From Catajapyx aquilonaris (Eukaryota), in NCBI GenBank assembly GCA_000934665.2, contig JYFJ02000141.1:124001-188000 (forward strand): a DNA stretch of 64,000 nt. Direction: 5' to 3'. Each line of letters opens with the position of its first letter. Position 1 is the first letter of the stretch. The position numbers and the translations under genes were made by a program. Shown here one piece after another: positions 1-14,000 of the stretch. The notes under the pieces were generated by a model. The model was not told the DNA's origin. It saw nothing but the letters and a program-made list of their open reading frames with translations, and searched no databases.

Positions 1-3000
1 TGCTTATTGCCGCGGGACACTTTTTATTGCGCCCATGTTGTCTCCCCTGAAAATTACGAGTGCAATATTACGGTGCAGTGTCATGTACGATAATTGTGAA
101 GTACCGCTATATTTTTAGCCAAACCCTGAACCACGTTATAGTTGGCAATAAACATATTTTATAGGCTGGTGTCCATTTATGTGCGTTATACTCTTAATTA
201 ATTTTCCATTCCCCTCACATTCATTCTCTATTCGTAAAGTTCTGCCAAATTTCTTAATGACACCAAATCCATGAAGAAATAATTAAACTGAATTACAACG
301 ATGCACATTCAGTAACATTCGCTCGGTTTATTTTTATGGCACCGTATATTTTGTTTCCTGGAGAGGAAGCGATTTGCTGAGGTGCAAAATGCAGAGCGAT
401 TGAGCGTAAAGGCGTCTATTCCATAGGGTGAGCGTTGAAAAAGAAGAGAACGTCCCTGTCTCTGATAAGCGAGCAAATTCGTCTGATTCTCTTTTGTGAA
501 ATGGTTCGGATCGAAGTTCGCTGCTGCTGGACGTGGGTGGGGTTGGATGGGTTGGGTGGGTGGGAAAAGTCTATGGGAATGGAAGGTCTGGCAGCTTAAT
601 GCCTTTTGCTTCTGTTCAGCTTGTTTCGCGATTGCATTCCTTTCGGATCCCGCGGACCTGATACACGGTACACCTCTCAGCTTCTTTTCAATCCGGACCA
701 TCGATCTATCCCAATTTCATATCGGTTTTCTTCCAACCACATGGCCTGAAGCTGAAATGAAAGTTAAGTTCGATAATAAGCAAAATCATCGGATTTTCAA
801 CGTCTAAAAATAAAAACGCGCGCCAATGCGGCTAATCTCTATCGAAGATGATAATGCTGATTAAACATTTTTGATGTCGTATGTCGTCACCATTTTAAAA
901 GAATCGTCAATTTTTAACAATGTTCTGGCATAGTGACTGCTCCAAAAGATCTGGCTTTGATCCCGAACTGTAGGTGCCAGTACCACTGGCCGTACAACAC
1001 CAATGAAATATTGCTGAGCTCAAAGGAACTCAATCGTGGCTCCCACCTCGATATATACACCCCCCCCCCCCCCAAAAAAATAGAGAAAAATTAGGACCCT
1101 CCAGCTTTTGAAATAGCACTTTCGGAAGCAATCGATCAGATGTTGGTGCCACATGGAAGAAATCACTGGTTCGAACCAACACGCTAAGACTCATGCTCTA
1201 AGGTGGGGTCACCACCAAGATTTAAAAGCCCCTCTGGGACAGCCGGCAGCACTCAAAGGTCCACAGACCTCTCTTTTTTGTGTGTAACACTTCTAGAAGA
1301 GGAGGAATTAGCAGTGGGTGAGTGTTTGTTGGCCGGCAGAATGGCGTGCAAGGGTGAGGTCCTTGGCCTAGGTCATGAAGATTAAGTCCTGAGGCCCAGA
1401 TCGTTTTCTGCACCGCGTTTTCCCCTCTTGATCCTTTATATAACGTGAGAGTAGGATCCTCAACCGGGTTTCTAATCTGGTCTGAGGCCCCCAGGAGCAG
1501 GATTTCAATCCGGCTCTTCAGCAAGATTGCATATGGATGCTGCTTATGACAATCTGGGGCCTGTTATATCGCATTTACGATGGTTACATTATCGACTAAT
1601 CAGTACTTTGCATTTTTTCTGAGTGATTTTTGCATTCATGTTTTGATTTTTTTTGTGTGAGGGGGGTACTGTGACAGGCTTCCCCGGCTAATTGGTAGGT
1701 TGCGCCACAGATGGCAGCAGGGAACAACTTTCAAGCTCTGATTGTTCGCTTTAAATTAGACAGCTTCATGTATCATATTTAACTTTGAATCCAACCACCT
1801 GTAATGTAAGTCGTCGGCTATTTTGAACCGGCTCGGAGCAGTACTCCAGTCTAATAAAGACCTTTTTACGCGATCAAATATTTAAACACGTGCACTGTGA
1901 GAATCCTCACAACTTTCCAACTACACCTGCCCTACCACGAAAACCTAATCGAGCACAGCCCTCACGTCCCATAAGATTACAACTCCGGGACATGCCAAAA
2001 TGGCTTCAGACCGAACACATCCATTTAAAGCTGGTCCTCCAAAAAAAAAAGAGAAGAGAAAAATCGGATTTCAGAGCCAAGAGGCCCAAAGGTGCTGAGG
2101 AAACCCTCCAAAAAAGTCGAAATGGCAACAATCCGGGATTATATTTATTTCTGGTGGTCTGCTTCGGGTTGATGGCGTTTCCTTCGCATCAGGACCAGCA
2201 AAGTATGCGAGCTCATTTTGCGCCAAGGTTGTGTGGCCAGTGGAGCATGGCCAACCGATCAATGTGCGACTCCGGGGAAAACTGTCACCTATATCTGGAG
2301 ACGAGCCTGGAGAAAAGTTGGCGACAAAAAACAGAGAGATATATAGAGGTTTGCACGGTTCTTGCACTTTTATTATCTGGAGGATTTTGTGGCGGATTTT
2401 TGGGAAATCCCTGAGGTCAAGGACCGTTCGAGTTCATATCCTGCGTGACTAGAATGGCTCTGATAGTGCAACAGTTGAATAGGTTTCGATGTAGATGGTA
2501 ACACATGAGTATGATTAAAATTACGGTCAGGAGACAGTGATCGAATTTCCTCAAAGCCACGTTTTAACTGAGATGTCAAGCTTTCCACCCACTGGGATTG
2601 GAGGGGGATTTAACCCAGCAGCATATTTCATTTGCTTTAGTTCCGTAATTTTAATCCTGAACGGGTCATCCATTCACTTCACATCATTGGGTAAATCCTC
2701 AGACAAATTGGTTTTCCTCGTTCCTATTCTTTTTTTGTATTATACATCAGTCACAGGAAACCATCCTACTGGCTACTACAAAGTGTATATTTAAAAAAAT
2801 AATAAACTGTTATGGACAAGTTGATTGCAGTTAACCTTCAGTTATCTGGAATGCCAGCTATACGCCCAAAATTCCTGGGGGAAAAAACAATCCTAAGCCC
2901 TTCTAGAGTAAATACGAATCCTCCTTTGTGATGTTGGCCACCGAGGTCTAAAACAGGCTAAGACCTTCTCACAAAAGCCCATCGTCGTTATTGACCACCT

Positions 3001-6000
3001 GTTGACACGCTCCATTTCTCCAGAGATGATTAGTAGCACAGTTATTTTTCGCTCTTCTCCTGTACCATCTCCCCCCATTCAGACTTCCAAAGCACTTCCC
3101 TTTTTTTTATTTTTTTGGGGGTTAAAAAAAATCCCTCCCTACCCCTCCCTACCGCAAGGCCTTTCAAGGGCGTATTCTTTTCCTGGTTTAGCAGCCATGA
3201 TTAATTGCGGGGTTAATGGGATTCGGCATGTTACATTTCCTGAAAGGAGGAACTTGGCGGGTCGGGGTGCAGTGGATTGATGACCTGGGGGGTATAGAAG
3301 CTTGATGGGGCAAACCGAAAATCTCTTCCCAAACTTGTCACTCTTCAAGGTTTACCAAATACTTCCTGGTCCCAACATTTTTTTTTATTTTAAAAAAAAA
3401 GTCTGAGCGTAAAAGCCTGGTTGTACTGTACAGTATACCAAGACTCTCAGGTGTATAGTTTATTCTGAGAGTAACTTTCAGATGTCAAGTTCCCCCCACT
3501 ACAATCCAGTAAGTTGGATTATATTATTCATGTAGGGTTTATAGCTGGGAGTTACATTTGCAAGAGCGGTTCTTTTGAAGTTTTAATCCGTTCCAGGTAA
3601 CTTGTCATAACTAACGGAATTATACACGTTTTGGAATGCTCTCATGTGAGGTTGGCGCAATGGATGGTGCGTTATGAAGGCGATTATCAAGCGGATTATT
3701 TTAGAGTGAATGATTCGTTCCGAATGTGACGTAAGTTTGTACGGGATTGGTTTCATTAGTTGCGTGTAGGTGTGTAATTAAGCAATGGTATGATTGGTAC
3801 TTGGTGGCAGTTGTTTACCCATTTATCACCGATGAAGATGTTTCTTTCAGTGTTCATGTAATTGGTAGATGTAGTGGTTAGTATAATGCCAGATTGTATG
3901 GAAATGAGATGATTATACTGGGTGAGCACAGGCTGTGCAGTAATTACGATTATGTCGGGACAAAACGCTTAATTTCAATTTCAACATGGTGCTTGATTAT
4001 ATCATAACCTTGAGAATAACCTTATAAGCTACCATGTTGACAATAGCAGCGGAGTATACCATGCAGCTGTTCCTAGGAAATTTCTAGTGCTAATTAGTAA
4101 TTTAATTTAGGGATTTCAAATATATTATAGCTTCTGATTTTTTAATACCTCGAAGGAGCAACAATAAACATGTTCTCTCAATGATGGCTGTGCCAATTGT
4201 CCCAGTGGGCCATCCCCACTATTACAAAATCAATTGAAAAAACTGGAAGCTATAACGGACATCTGCTTTAGAACTGTTTTTGGAGTTAATTAAATCTACC
4301 ATGGTGAATTTATTCATTCAATCTATTCAAACCCTCCAAATAGGATTTAGCTGCAATGGTGTCGCTTTCACTACGGCCCGCACGTGTTAATTGTGCCTGG
4401 AAAATGTTAAAGGATTGCACACTGTGCTGTATACTAGTTGGTTCAGACTGAGAGTAGAGCAGGTTGGGCTATAAAAATATTAACATAGGACAATAATCCC
4501 CTCTCAACCACTTGACGCCGTGAAAGGCGATTATACTAAATCAAATCCAATATAGCTCTCAATTCAAATCTGGGTAGCAAATTTTCTACATGTTCTCGAT
4601 ATGGTCATTTGGCTCACAAAAATACCAAGAACCCCAGCCAAATTCTCCAACTCTTTTCTCACAACTTCAACCAGTCGAATCCAAACAAATATAAAATGTT
4701 TAAAAAAAACTTCCTCTCAACTATTTGTTGCTCCAATTCTTCCCTCACTCTGCGTAAAAGGAAATAGCTCCGTTCTGTACACAACAAAAGCCTTCCATTT
4801 CCTTCAAGCCCTATACACAAGAGCTCTACATGTTAAGGAACAGAAATGGTTTCAAGATGATTATTCCGGGCCGGCGGTTTTGTATGCAGACCAAGATGTG
4901 TTTTCTGAATACACCCTTTTGATATCCATGAACGAGGCTCTTCCGTTTTGTACTTATCTGCGACACGAGCCTGGTTTTGACAATGCGATACGACAATGCG
5001 ACCCACACTGCCAACTTTTTTTTTTTAAACATGACGCCTGGTAATTTTACATTTTTTTTCGGAAATAAAATAGAAGGGGTGAACTTGACGCTTCTGTGCA
5101 GCAAAAACCTGGTTGGCCACGTACGTAAAGTAGTCACCGGATTTCGAGGGATCAATAGGGTAAGAGTCTGTGCCTGTTCCACAATCCACAGCAGCAGAAG
5201 AGAAAGGAGTTAGCGTAATCTATTTGTGAAGGACGAAGAGCCGTCGACGGTAAATTATTTACAGGCGTATTCCTCTGACGCGCATGATTTAATACGGTGG
5301 TTCTCTCGGTATGACGTTGGCCAGGAATTATCGCATTTGGTCCGAATTTAGATTGCCAGGAGAGGTTTCAAATTAGTGCTCGTGTATCTGTCTGGAATGT
5401 CGGAAAAATGTAAAAGGCGAGTTTTGTACTGAATAGCATGTACGGACTGTGTTTTTGCTCATTTTAAACTCCGGACATGTAATAGAGGATGACACTTGAA
5501 CAGTTGAAATCGCAAGAGTTCAGCACTTTTTTCAAATTTACAGAAGTAATATCAAAAATGGAGAGAAACTTGCCAATTTTCACATGAAACTTACATGGCA
5601 TTAGTAGAATTCGTTTGAAATTCACCGAACCTCATCAATGACCAAAGTGATGCATGTATTTAAGGTACACCCTGCCACTTGCTCATAAAGTTCGCAAGAC
5701 TTTGCAATTTTTAATGCAAGTTTCCCATCAGCGGTAAACATTTAAAGTACTCTCGGCCTTCTAGTTTTTCAATGAAGTTTTTATGAGGCAACTATCAGTG
5801 GCGGGGAAATCCACAGACCTCTTTGAATATTGCATCAATTATGCGCGTTACCCCAATGTGGTCGCTACAGTGTATGGCGACGCCCATTACATTTCGCAAT
5901 CGAGTTTTCCAGGTCTGCACACAGCCAGTGCCATATATTTTTTTCACTAGATTCCAAAATTCTATTTGATTCGCCCAGTAGAACCGTGTTTACGACCAAC

Positions 6001-9000
6001 TTTACGCCCGCTGCTTTAATAAATCGCCAACCTCTATGCTCAGCACCCGGAGACATACCTCCTCGGGTTATAAATTTATCGAATAATCATTAGCCTGTTA
6101 AAATTTTCCCTCGTCGTGGAAAATATAACGATCAAGTTCCTCTCAGCGCATAAATCAGCGGATGAGAAACTTTGCTGTTTCGAGGTGAACCACAAAGGAA
6201 AAACGGATTATAGAACCCCCTCCCCTTATACTCTCACCCACCCACCCAACTCTCTTACATAAGTTTAATCCGCACCGGAGCTCGTTATGTGGCAAAATTT
6301 ACGTCTAAAGACCTGGAAGCTACGTGGATTTGCACTCGGAATATCCGCCACCGGGTCCGGATGCTGGGTAAATAAATTAGTCGACGCAAACTCGTTGAGT
6401 CGCTTTCAATTATCATCACGAAACCATAGGACATAAGTCAAGGGTGGGTGAGGTCGGATTTTTTTTGTGTGAACGCAACAATACAGCATAAATCTTCCAT
6501 TATTGTTCCATCACGTGACCGGAATATTCTGTGGAGACGTATATTCAGAGGTCCCGCCGGATAAATCGAGAGGAACTTGTTGGAGATCGATTGTTGCCTT
6601 CGGTCTGAAGAGTCGCCTGCATCGCTCAAAGTGATTGCTATCGCAATTTGTCTAACGAGCCAGCAGCCCCCGCGACCCCAACGACTATACAACTGACGTA
6701 ACCTCCTGACTTTTCTACTCTTTTTTTCAGCAGCAACTTTCTCTCCATGGGTTTTTCAACTATGTGCAGTCTGGTTCGAACACAGAGCAATGGTGCATGT
6801 ACAGCATGTCCTTGCTGAAACGGCCCTGCGGGTTCATGCAGCATATACTGCCATTAAAAGCCACAGGGGTTGCAATTTGCCGCGTGAAAATTGTTCCCAC
6901 CCGGGCTGCTATCCTGAAATCCAAGCGGTAACATCAGAGGCAATATTTGCATCGAATATTGCGCCAGGATTGCATAACTACCAAAATGTCCAAATATTAA
7001 ATGAATTATACACAGAATATTCCACCATTTTTCAAGATGTAAAGCCACAGAAATCAATGCGTCCAACTCCTTCCCCGTATCCTCATACAATATTAATCCA
7101 AGTCAGGCAATTTCATGTGTCCATAAATAACTCGCGCTCTATATTTCAGGCACAACATGCTTCAATCTGTGATTCACATACCCGCAACTGTTTCACTTTC
7201 TACAAGCCTGTACAGTACATGTTTGCCTACAGTGCACGTACTCACTCATTAATAATAATGGAGTATGCATTATGCTAATATCAGTTGCTAGATACCATTC
7301 CTAAGCATGAAACCCGCAAAATTTCGACAATTGCGAACACCTGCATGTTTCACCAAGCCCCAGCTCTGCGCCTTTGCTGATAAAACGGCACCCAGACGAT
7401 TAATATGCGGAGGAAAATCGCTTGCCGCCGTTTAATACCGGCCGGAGGATTAGCCGCTCGCATGAGATTATTGGAAAAGGCCTGCGGACGCTTGATAGTC
7501 ATGTATACCTTCAGCAGATACGGCTACTCATTCCTGCAGAGCTAATGAAACTACGGGCGTGTGTATACAACATCACGGGAATTCACCGTCTGTCAATTTT
7601 TCCCCCCCTGTTCTTGAGGACTGCGTTTACTTTCCCTGCCCCAACTTGCTTGTAATGTAAATGAAGGAGCAACTCTACAGACAACTCAAATAGTATGAAA
7701 ACCAGTGGATGTTGGAGAGCACAAAGCTTGTAATTCCGTGCGGGCAGGTTCAGGGTTAGAGAGAAAGAGTATAGAGAGGAGGAGGCGGAGATTCTTCTGA
7801 TTTGCATGAATCGGAATAGGGCAGGGATTGCCCTCGGGCTTAGAGGAGGATCCGGTTGTTTCATTTAGGTTGGAAACCAAGGTGAAATTGCGGACTACTC
7901 GATTTGGGAGGAATTGCATGTCACATTGACAAGAGACCTGTTGTCTCCAAATGCATCCACATAGCGCGTTACTTTTATTTCAAAAAAATATATAAGATTC
8001 ATCTTGAGTAGATTCATGCAAAAAGTGGCATAAACCATTTTCGGGCACCATAATTTCTGAAATATGATGATAGGCGTATGCTTTAGTTCAAACTGCACTG
8101 TACAGTCAGGTCTTCTCTGGTGAAAGGTAGGGAGGTTTCTCGAATAAAACGGCCTTTTAGGGACATGTTTCACAACGGCAGCCTCGGTTTTGAATTACCC
8201 TCAAACTCCAAAGCCACTTTTCGGGAGGGAGCTTCCAATGGCCGGCCACAAATTGTAATCTAGAAGCGACCTAATCCCGCAGGAGGCATAGAAATGGCAG
8301 ACAACAGCACTGAAATTCACTGGCCCTGAAGAACCAGCTTCCAGAAAAATAGTAGAGCTTAAATATTACTACGGGTTAGTGATGATTATGGAAAGAGCTG
8401 GGGTGGTTGGTTGGGGCAATATATTTTTTTAAAAAAAATCCGGGTTTATTTAGTTCTGTCCGGTAGAGCAAAGGAGCAGGTTGTTGATTTTTTTTCCTTT
8501 CCTTCTTTCCCTTTTTCTGATTGCTCTGGACATGTCTGGATTAGTTTGGATCAAAAGCTGAAAGGAGGTAGATTGGATGAAAAGAGCCAACTTGGAAGAG
8601 TCCCGGAGAAAGAAGGACAGAGCTGCCCGAATTCTGCGAGTTTTTCTTGAATGCGTATGAACGGTGTATATCTAGTGACACATGCCTTAAGTAAACTGTG
8701 TACCTATTTTAAAAGTTGTAATAAACATAGGTCTGTCTTCCATAAGGAAAATACGTCGTAAGAGAGGCATCACATTATAATTATTTTCTCTCTCATCTCT
8801 TTTTTTTACAATAAGCCTTATATGTCGAAACACTATTTCGAAAGCGACAAAATTAGCGGAGATGACAATTTCACATCACAAAATTAACGAAGTAAAAAAG
8901 TTAACTCCGCTCGTTCTCCTGTAAAAATGCGTAAAAAGTACTGCTTGCAATGATGATTAATAGAGAGGTGCTAATATACTGCGAGGTTGAACTTCCTCTC

Positions 9001-11004
9001 TTCCGAAAGTCTAACGACTAATAAAAAGTGGGAGTTCACTACGGTTCAGTTACCTTTAGGACTCACTAGTTATGAGCACTCAGAAAGGTTAATGATACAA
9101 TGCAAAAGTGTCATAGCCTCTTCTGCGCAAGGATCGCATTACGAACTTATATATCAATTAAGTGCATGCAGGATTGCTCATTAAATCAGATAATTATGAC
9201 ATGCACGTCGAATCCACTTGGAAATCGTCACGAGCGACTTTACTTGATTATTGTGTGTTTGCTGACTCACTAATGGTTAAGATTATCCGGAGGCAACAAA
9301 TCACAAAGCATGCAACAAAGTTTCCAGGAACCTCCAATGATTACAGGGTCAGACAGTGATAAAATATTCTCAGGGAAAGCAATAAAAGTGAACGAACACT
9401 ATAATTATAGCGAAAGTAATGGGGCCTTTCGCTCTCGAATTATGACACACGACCACAACAACCCAACAATGCCATGCATAGTTTATACAGCATGAACGCT
9501 CATTATTCGTTCAAAACGTAATAAACGCAATATTGCATAAATATTACAAATCAGTTTCATCCGAAACGTAGGACCAGATATAGGCTATATAATAATATCA
9601 GGAAAAATCTGCGATTGCATCTACAGGTAGTTCTATTTTCCCAACTAATGTGAGTTGATGCATCTGGCATATTATTTGAATCATATTCTTCGTAAGAGAC
9701 CACGATTTTCTTCTATTTTTCGACAAATATTTCTGCGAACAATTTGTGTCCCTTTTCTCCAGTTTGGCCCTGAATATACCGGAAGGTGTATGGCTGCAGG
9801 CGAAAGCATCTGCTGGAAGCATCTGCGTCCTGAATAAGGCGACAAAAAGAAAGTATCCGCCATGCATCATCGAGTGAAACCTGTCGGGACTATCGAGGGA
9901 CGTCTCCTGATAGAAACTTGATTACTTTCGGGAACACCTCTTTTTTTCTCCACCGGGGAGCCCCCTTCTCTCCTCTACTCCTATTCTTGCAGCAAATTCC
10001 TCTTTTCACATGCTCGGTACTATAGCACATGTTTTTTCCAGCAGGCTTTCACCGTGCTTGCTGCTGCCAGGCTGTATATATGAGAGGAGGAAAGTTATTT
10101 GCCCAGAGGTTTCGGCAGAGAGCAAATATTTGCCTGCGAATCTAGTTAGGATCCGGCAGCGCCTATGAAGATTCCATTTCGGCCCATTAAACGAATTGAA
10201 TCTGGCAGCAAGGAGCTGGCGAAATTGCCCCACAGCCCTCGGTAAAAGACAAAGTGCGGGGGTTGACCACAAGTAAGAGTAAAGGTCATCCCTCCATCAA
10301 GATCGTTTCGTACTGATGCCAACTATTTAAAATCAGCGATACATTATGGAGCAATAATATATTCCAAGCCTTACAATGGATTGCAATTACTGAGGAGCCC
10401 GAATCAATCCTCATAAAATATTTCAAAGAAATACGAGACAGCAGCGGCAGGGAAAGTCTGATAGATGCATTTGGTATGCCGTTACAGTTGCAGAGACTGG
10501 TACAGTATTAGGCACGTCCTTATTATCATACATGCCTTGTGTTAGTCAGTGCTCTGCATAGCACGCGATTTGGCTGAACGTGCAATTCGCGCGGGGAAAG
10601 GCTTGCTTTGTGCATTTGTAACGTCGGTGGACCAAAAGGCATTAATGAAGACGCTTGTAATGGAGACCGAAAGGAAGAGAACAATGACAAGAGCGACCCC
10701 CTTCCCCATGCCAGGCTCTGTAATAGGGTCGTAATACTCCCCCCCGAGTTGCCTCCTGCAAGTGCTTTAATAAGGGGGGGGGGGGGGGTCCATTATCTCA
10801 ATAAGCAATTCAGACCGTCACATCCAGCTCATCTTCAGCTCATAATCGCGGAAATGCAGTCATGCGTCGCACAAAATATTCGCCAATAGAGAAATCCGCT
10901 CGGATATTGTGCTAGTGTACACAATCCTATCTGAAACAGTACAAAACTAACTACTTTTTTTTTGAAAAGTATTTTTTTAGATGTTTCGGGTCAAGGATGT
11001 GCTA

Positions 11005-11095
11005 GTGGCGACACCTGTGGTCTGTTTAAATTGAAAGTGGCGACACCTGTTGGATTGTTAATCAAGCTTGTTATGACAGTAGCGACATCTTTTGA
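11005..11095 (-). promoter_or_regulatory. Cluster of three co-oriented CTCF-like motifs (candidate insulator)
   Basis: Minus strand: CCACAGGTGTCGCCAC (11020-11005), CCAACAGGTGTCGCCAC (11053-11037) and TCAAAAGATGTCGCTAC (11095-11079). All resemble the AG(A/G)TG(G/T)CGC CTCF core. Confidence 0.4.
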
Positions 11096-14000
11096 TTCTT
11101 TTTTGCAATTTTTCAATTTGGAGCGTAAGGTGCGGACGACACAACTTAATTGGGCCTTGTTTTATTTCCGAGTCAGGCTTAGGCTGCAGCTGATCACCCA
11201 ACCTAATCAATGGATATTGCCGCCGCTGGAAGTTCGCACATTGAATTAGCGGCAAGGGCGGCCAGACTTAACTCTCACTTTGGGTGGAAATGGGCGGCGG
11301 CTGAGCGCGAAGAGCGACAATGTCGGTTTTGCCTTGCTTCACTACCCAGCCCAAGAAGTCCTGGCTTCGATTTATATGTAAATGAGACCGCCCCTTGATG
11401 GGAGATTGGGTGCGATCTCAATCACTAGGTGCATTCGGTGGACAACAGTATGAGTGGTGTCTCTGCTTTTTTGCCAGGAAGCTTTTGGCGAAGGGTTTGA
11501 GGACGAAACACGTCATGGTGACGCAAGAACACCCATTGATTTCTATTGGTTGAAAACTGCTCAGGTAATAATTGTTGTCAAATTGTGTGCTTCATCAGCA
11601 AAAGCCACCTGTTTGCTTTTCGACTGTTCAATCTCTGAACACTTGCAAATGAACATTTTTTTTCTCTCTCTCTCTCCCCATCAGTTGCTGTCATCAGCAG
11701 GGTTTCATTTTTCTGCAAAAAAAATCAGTGTCGCGACTGTCGTCTTTTTGTTGAAAGCCGCAAACTCTTTTTCTTCGCCACATCTTTGTCAACAGCACTT
11801 TCAATTCACACACAAAAAAGTCGTACCTTCACAATTTTCCTAAACAGACCTGCAAAAACACTCATTATACGCTCACAAGATATAACCATCATGGATCGAC
11901 CAAAAAAATGCGGTCAGTTCCATAATTTGTCATTCTCTCTAACATGTCACAAGTCCTCATTTTGTCCGGTGCTGAAATGAATTAGTGTCCGGCACGCCAG
12001 CAATTCGCAATAGGCAGAGCTGGCGGAAAATTAACATCCTTGAGGGTCGAATATTTGCACGGGGACGTTGACAGGCTTGGGACGGTCAATATCTCGGGGG
12101 GTTGCATTGTCAATCGGTTTGGTTGCTGTTGTCCCAACCACGGTTCGTGAAACCTGCACTGATTCGCTCGATCCGCATCGATGACGGTAGAAAATCACGC
12201 GCATGAGGTCCAAAAATTACAGGAGAAACATGACAGGTTTAATGAATGGTGCGAGTCGGTGTATGCCGTGATTTAAACAAAAGAAAAAAGGGTCAGGCAA
12301 ATGCCAGTTGTGTCAACAGAAAGATAGTTATTTTTACTCCAATCATATGCTGCTCATTAAAGTGTATGAATCGAGTAAACAAATGATACGGATTGGAAGT
12401 GATAACAATATACAATTCCGACTTTAATAATTTGTTCGGGATCATACCCCCCATTCATAAACAATATTTTTTGAGTCCATACCTCACTTGATAAATGTTC
12501 AATCCTCAAGCATTGATGAAATGTCACCAAACGTGTACAGTACATTATACGTCCTGAATCCTGTAGTTTCGCTCAACATTAATTAATGCAACCATTAGCA
12601 ATGCCAGGATCGTGTATCAAAAGGGCACCTCTCTTGGCAAACTCGGATGTACCTTGTTCTAATATTCAGTGGCAACCGCGCATTTTATTTTGCAGGGAAG
12701 GTTTACATTTTTAAAATGCTTGTCTGGCACTCCGAAGCTTATAACGCAAAAAAGAGTTGTTTTTTTAAAAAAAATCTCCTAATGCTCAGCATACCAGGTG
12801 GTTTATCTAAGCCATATGACATATTATGAGCCGTGTTCAACTTTAATTCACTTGAAATAGCTCCCAAATGTTTCAATTAACACAAAAGTATCGACTGAAT
12901 ACTTTTAAAAATTTTGATTTAAAAATGAACTGGTTGAGAAGATTTATTATGCAAGAATTAGCGCAATTAAACGCCTAAAAGTGAGTTTAAAAAACCACTT
13001 CATTATTGCTCACAACAATTTAAAAAGCAAATTACTAGCTGAAGGTGAAAGGTCAGCAAAGTATTTAAATAGGCGTGGTTTTCGAAATTCATTTTTACGT
13101 AATGGCACCAAGTGGTATTACAATATCAAATTAATCGTTTCCCACGCACGCCTAATTACGTGACAACCTTTATTGCCCAACATTAACTGGCATAAAACCC
13201 AAAGTTGCGCAGAGCCAACAAGTTTTAATCAGAGTTAATTACCAAGTTAGCCGCGCATTGAATCCCACGTATTTGGCATCTTTTTTTTGCAGCCAACCTA
13301 ATTTGAGCTCGAATTTGTCCAAAAATTTAATTCAAACGACCATACACTTCCTCCAGCTCTAACAAATGGTTAAATATGTTCCTAAAATATCTCCATCTGT
13401 TCACACGTATGCTTACGTGCAGTATGTGCAAAAAAATAGATGAACAGCTGCTCCAGTTGGCGCACGTGTAATCATGACACGTATAATGTTTTGCTCTTGT
13501 CGGCTGAAAAAGTACTCACATCAGTCACAGAGTTCAGTTAATCTCAGTATGACACATGGTTACAGGTTGAGCGATCAAAACTTGGAACACCACACTTTTT
13601 GTGTACCAAAAGAAATCCTGTAAAACCCTCCCTGGGGGTGGGCACCTAAAAAGGGTCAAAAGTAGAGTAATTAACAAATCGATAATAAGGGGGGGGGGGT
13701 CCATGAGGCGACCACATCGTTAATTACACTTGCAAAAAGCTGGCTGTGACCAATGGGCAAAAAAACCACGTAGAGCGTATGAAACCCTCCCTATTTAATT
13801 AACCTAATCATTGTTCAACTTTGCGGTGTTAAAGTTGGGCCAACCCCATACACACAATCACTGAAAATTGCCTATTTTTCCGCCAGTCGGAGCTATTTTT
13901 CACGACTTTTTTTCTCGAATTGTAATCCCGAATCCAGCTCCTATAGACCTGAATCGCATTCATTTTCTGCCAATCCGATGGATTAAGGCGGCTCTCCCTT

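Noticed and set aside
1890..2414. Longest ORF in the track (174 aa, plus strand)
   Set aside because: GTG start, runs through homopolymer tracts, and has a random-looking composition.
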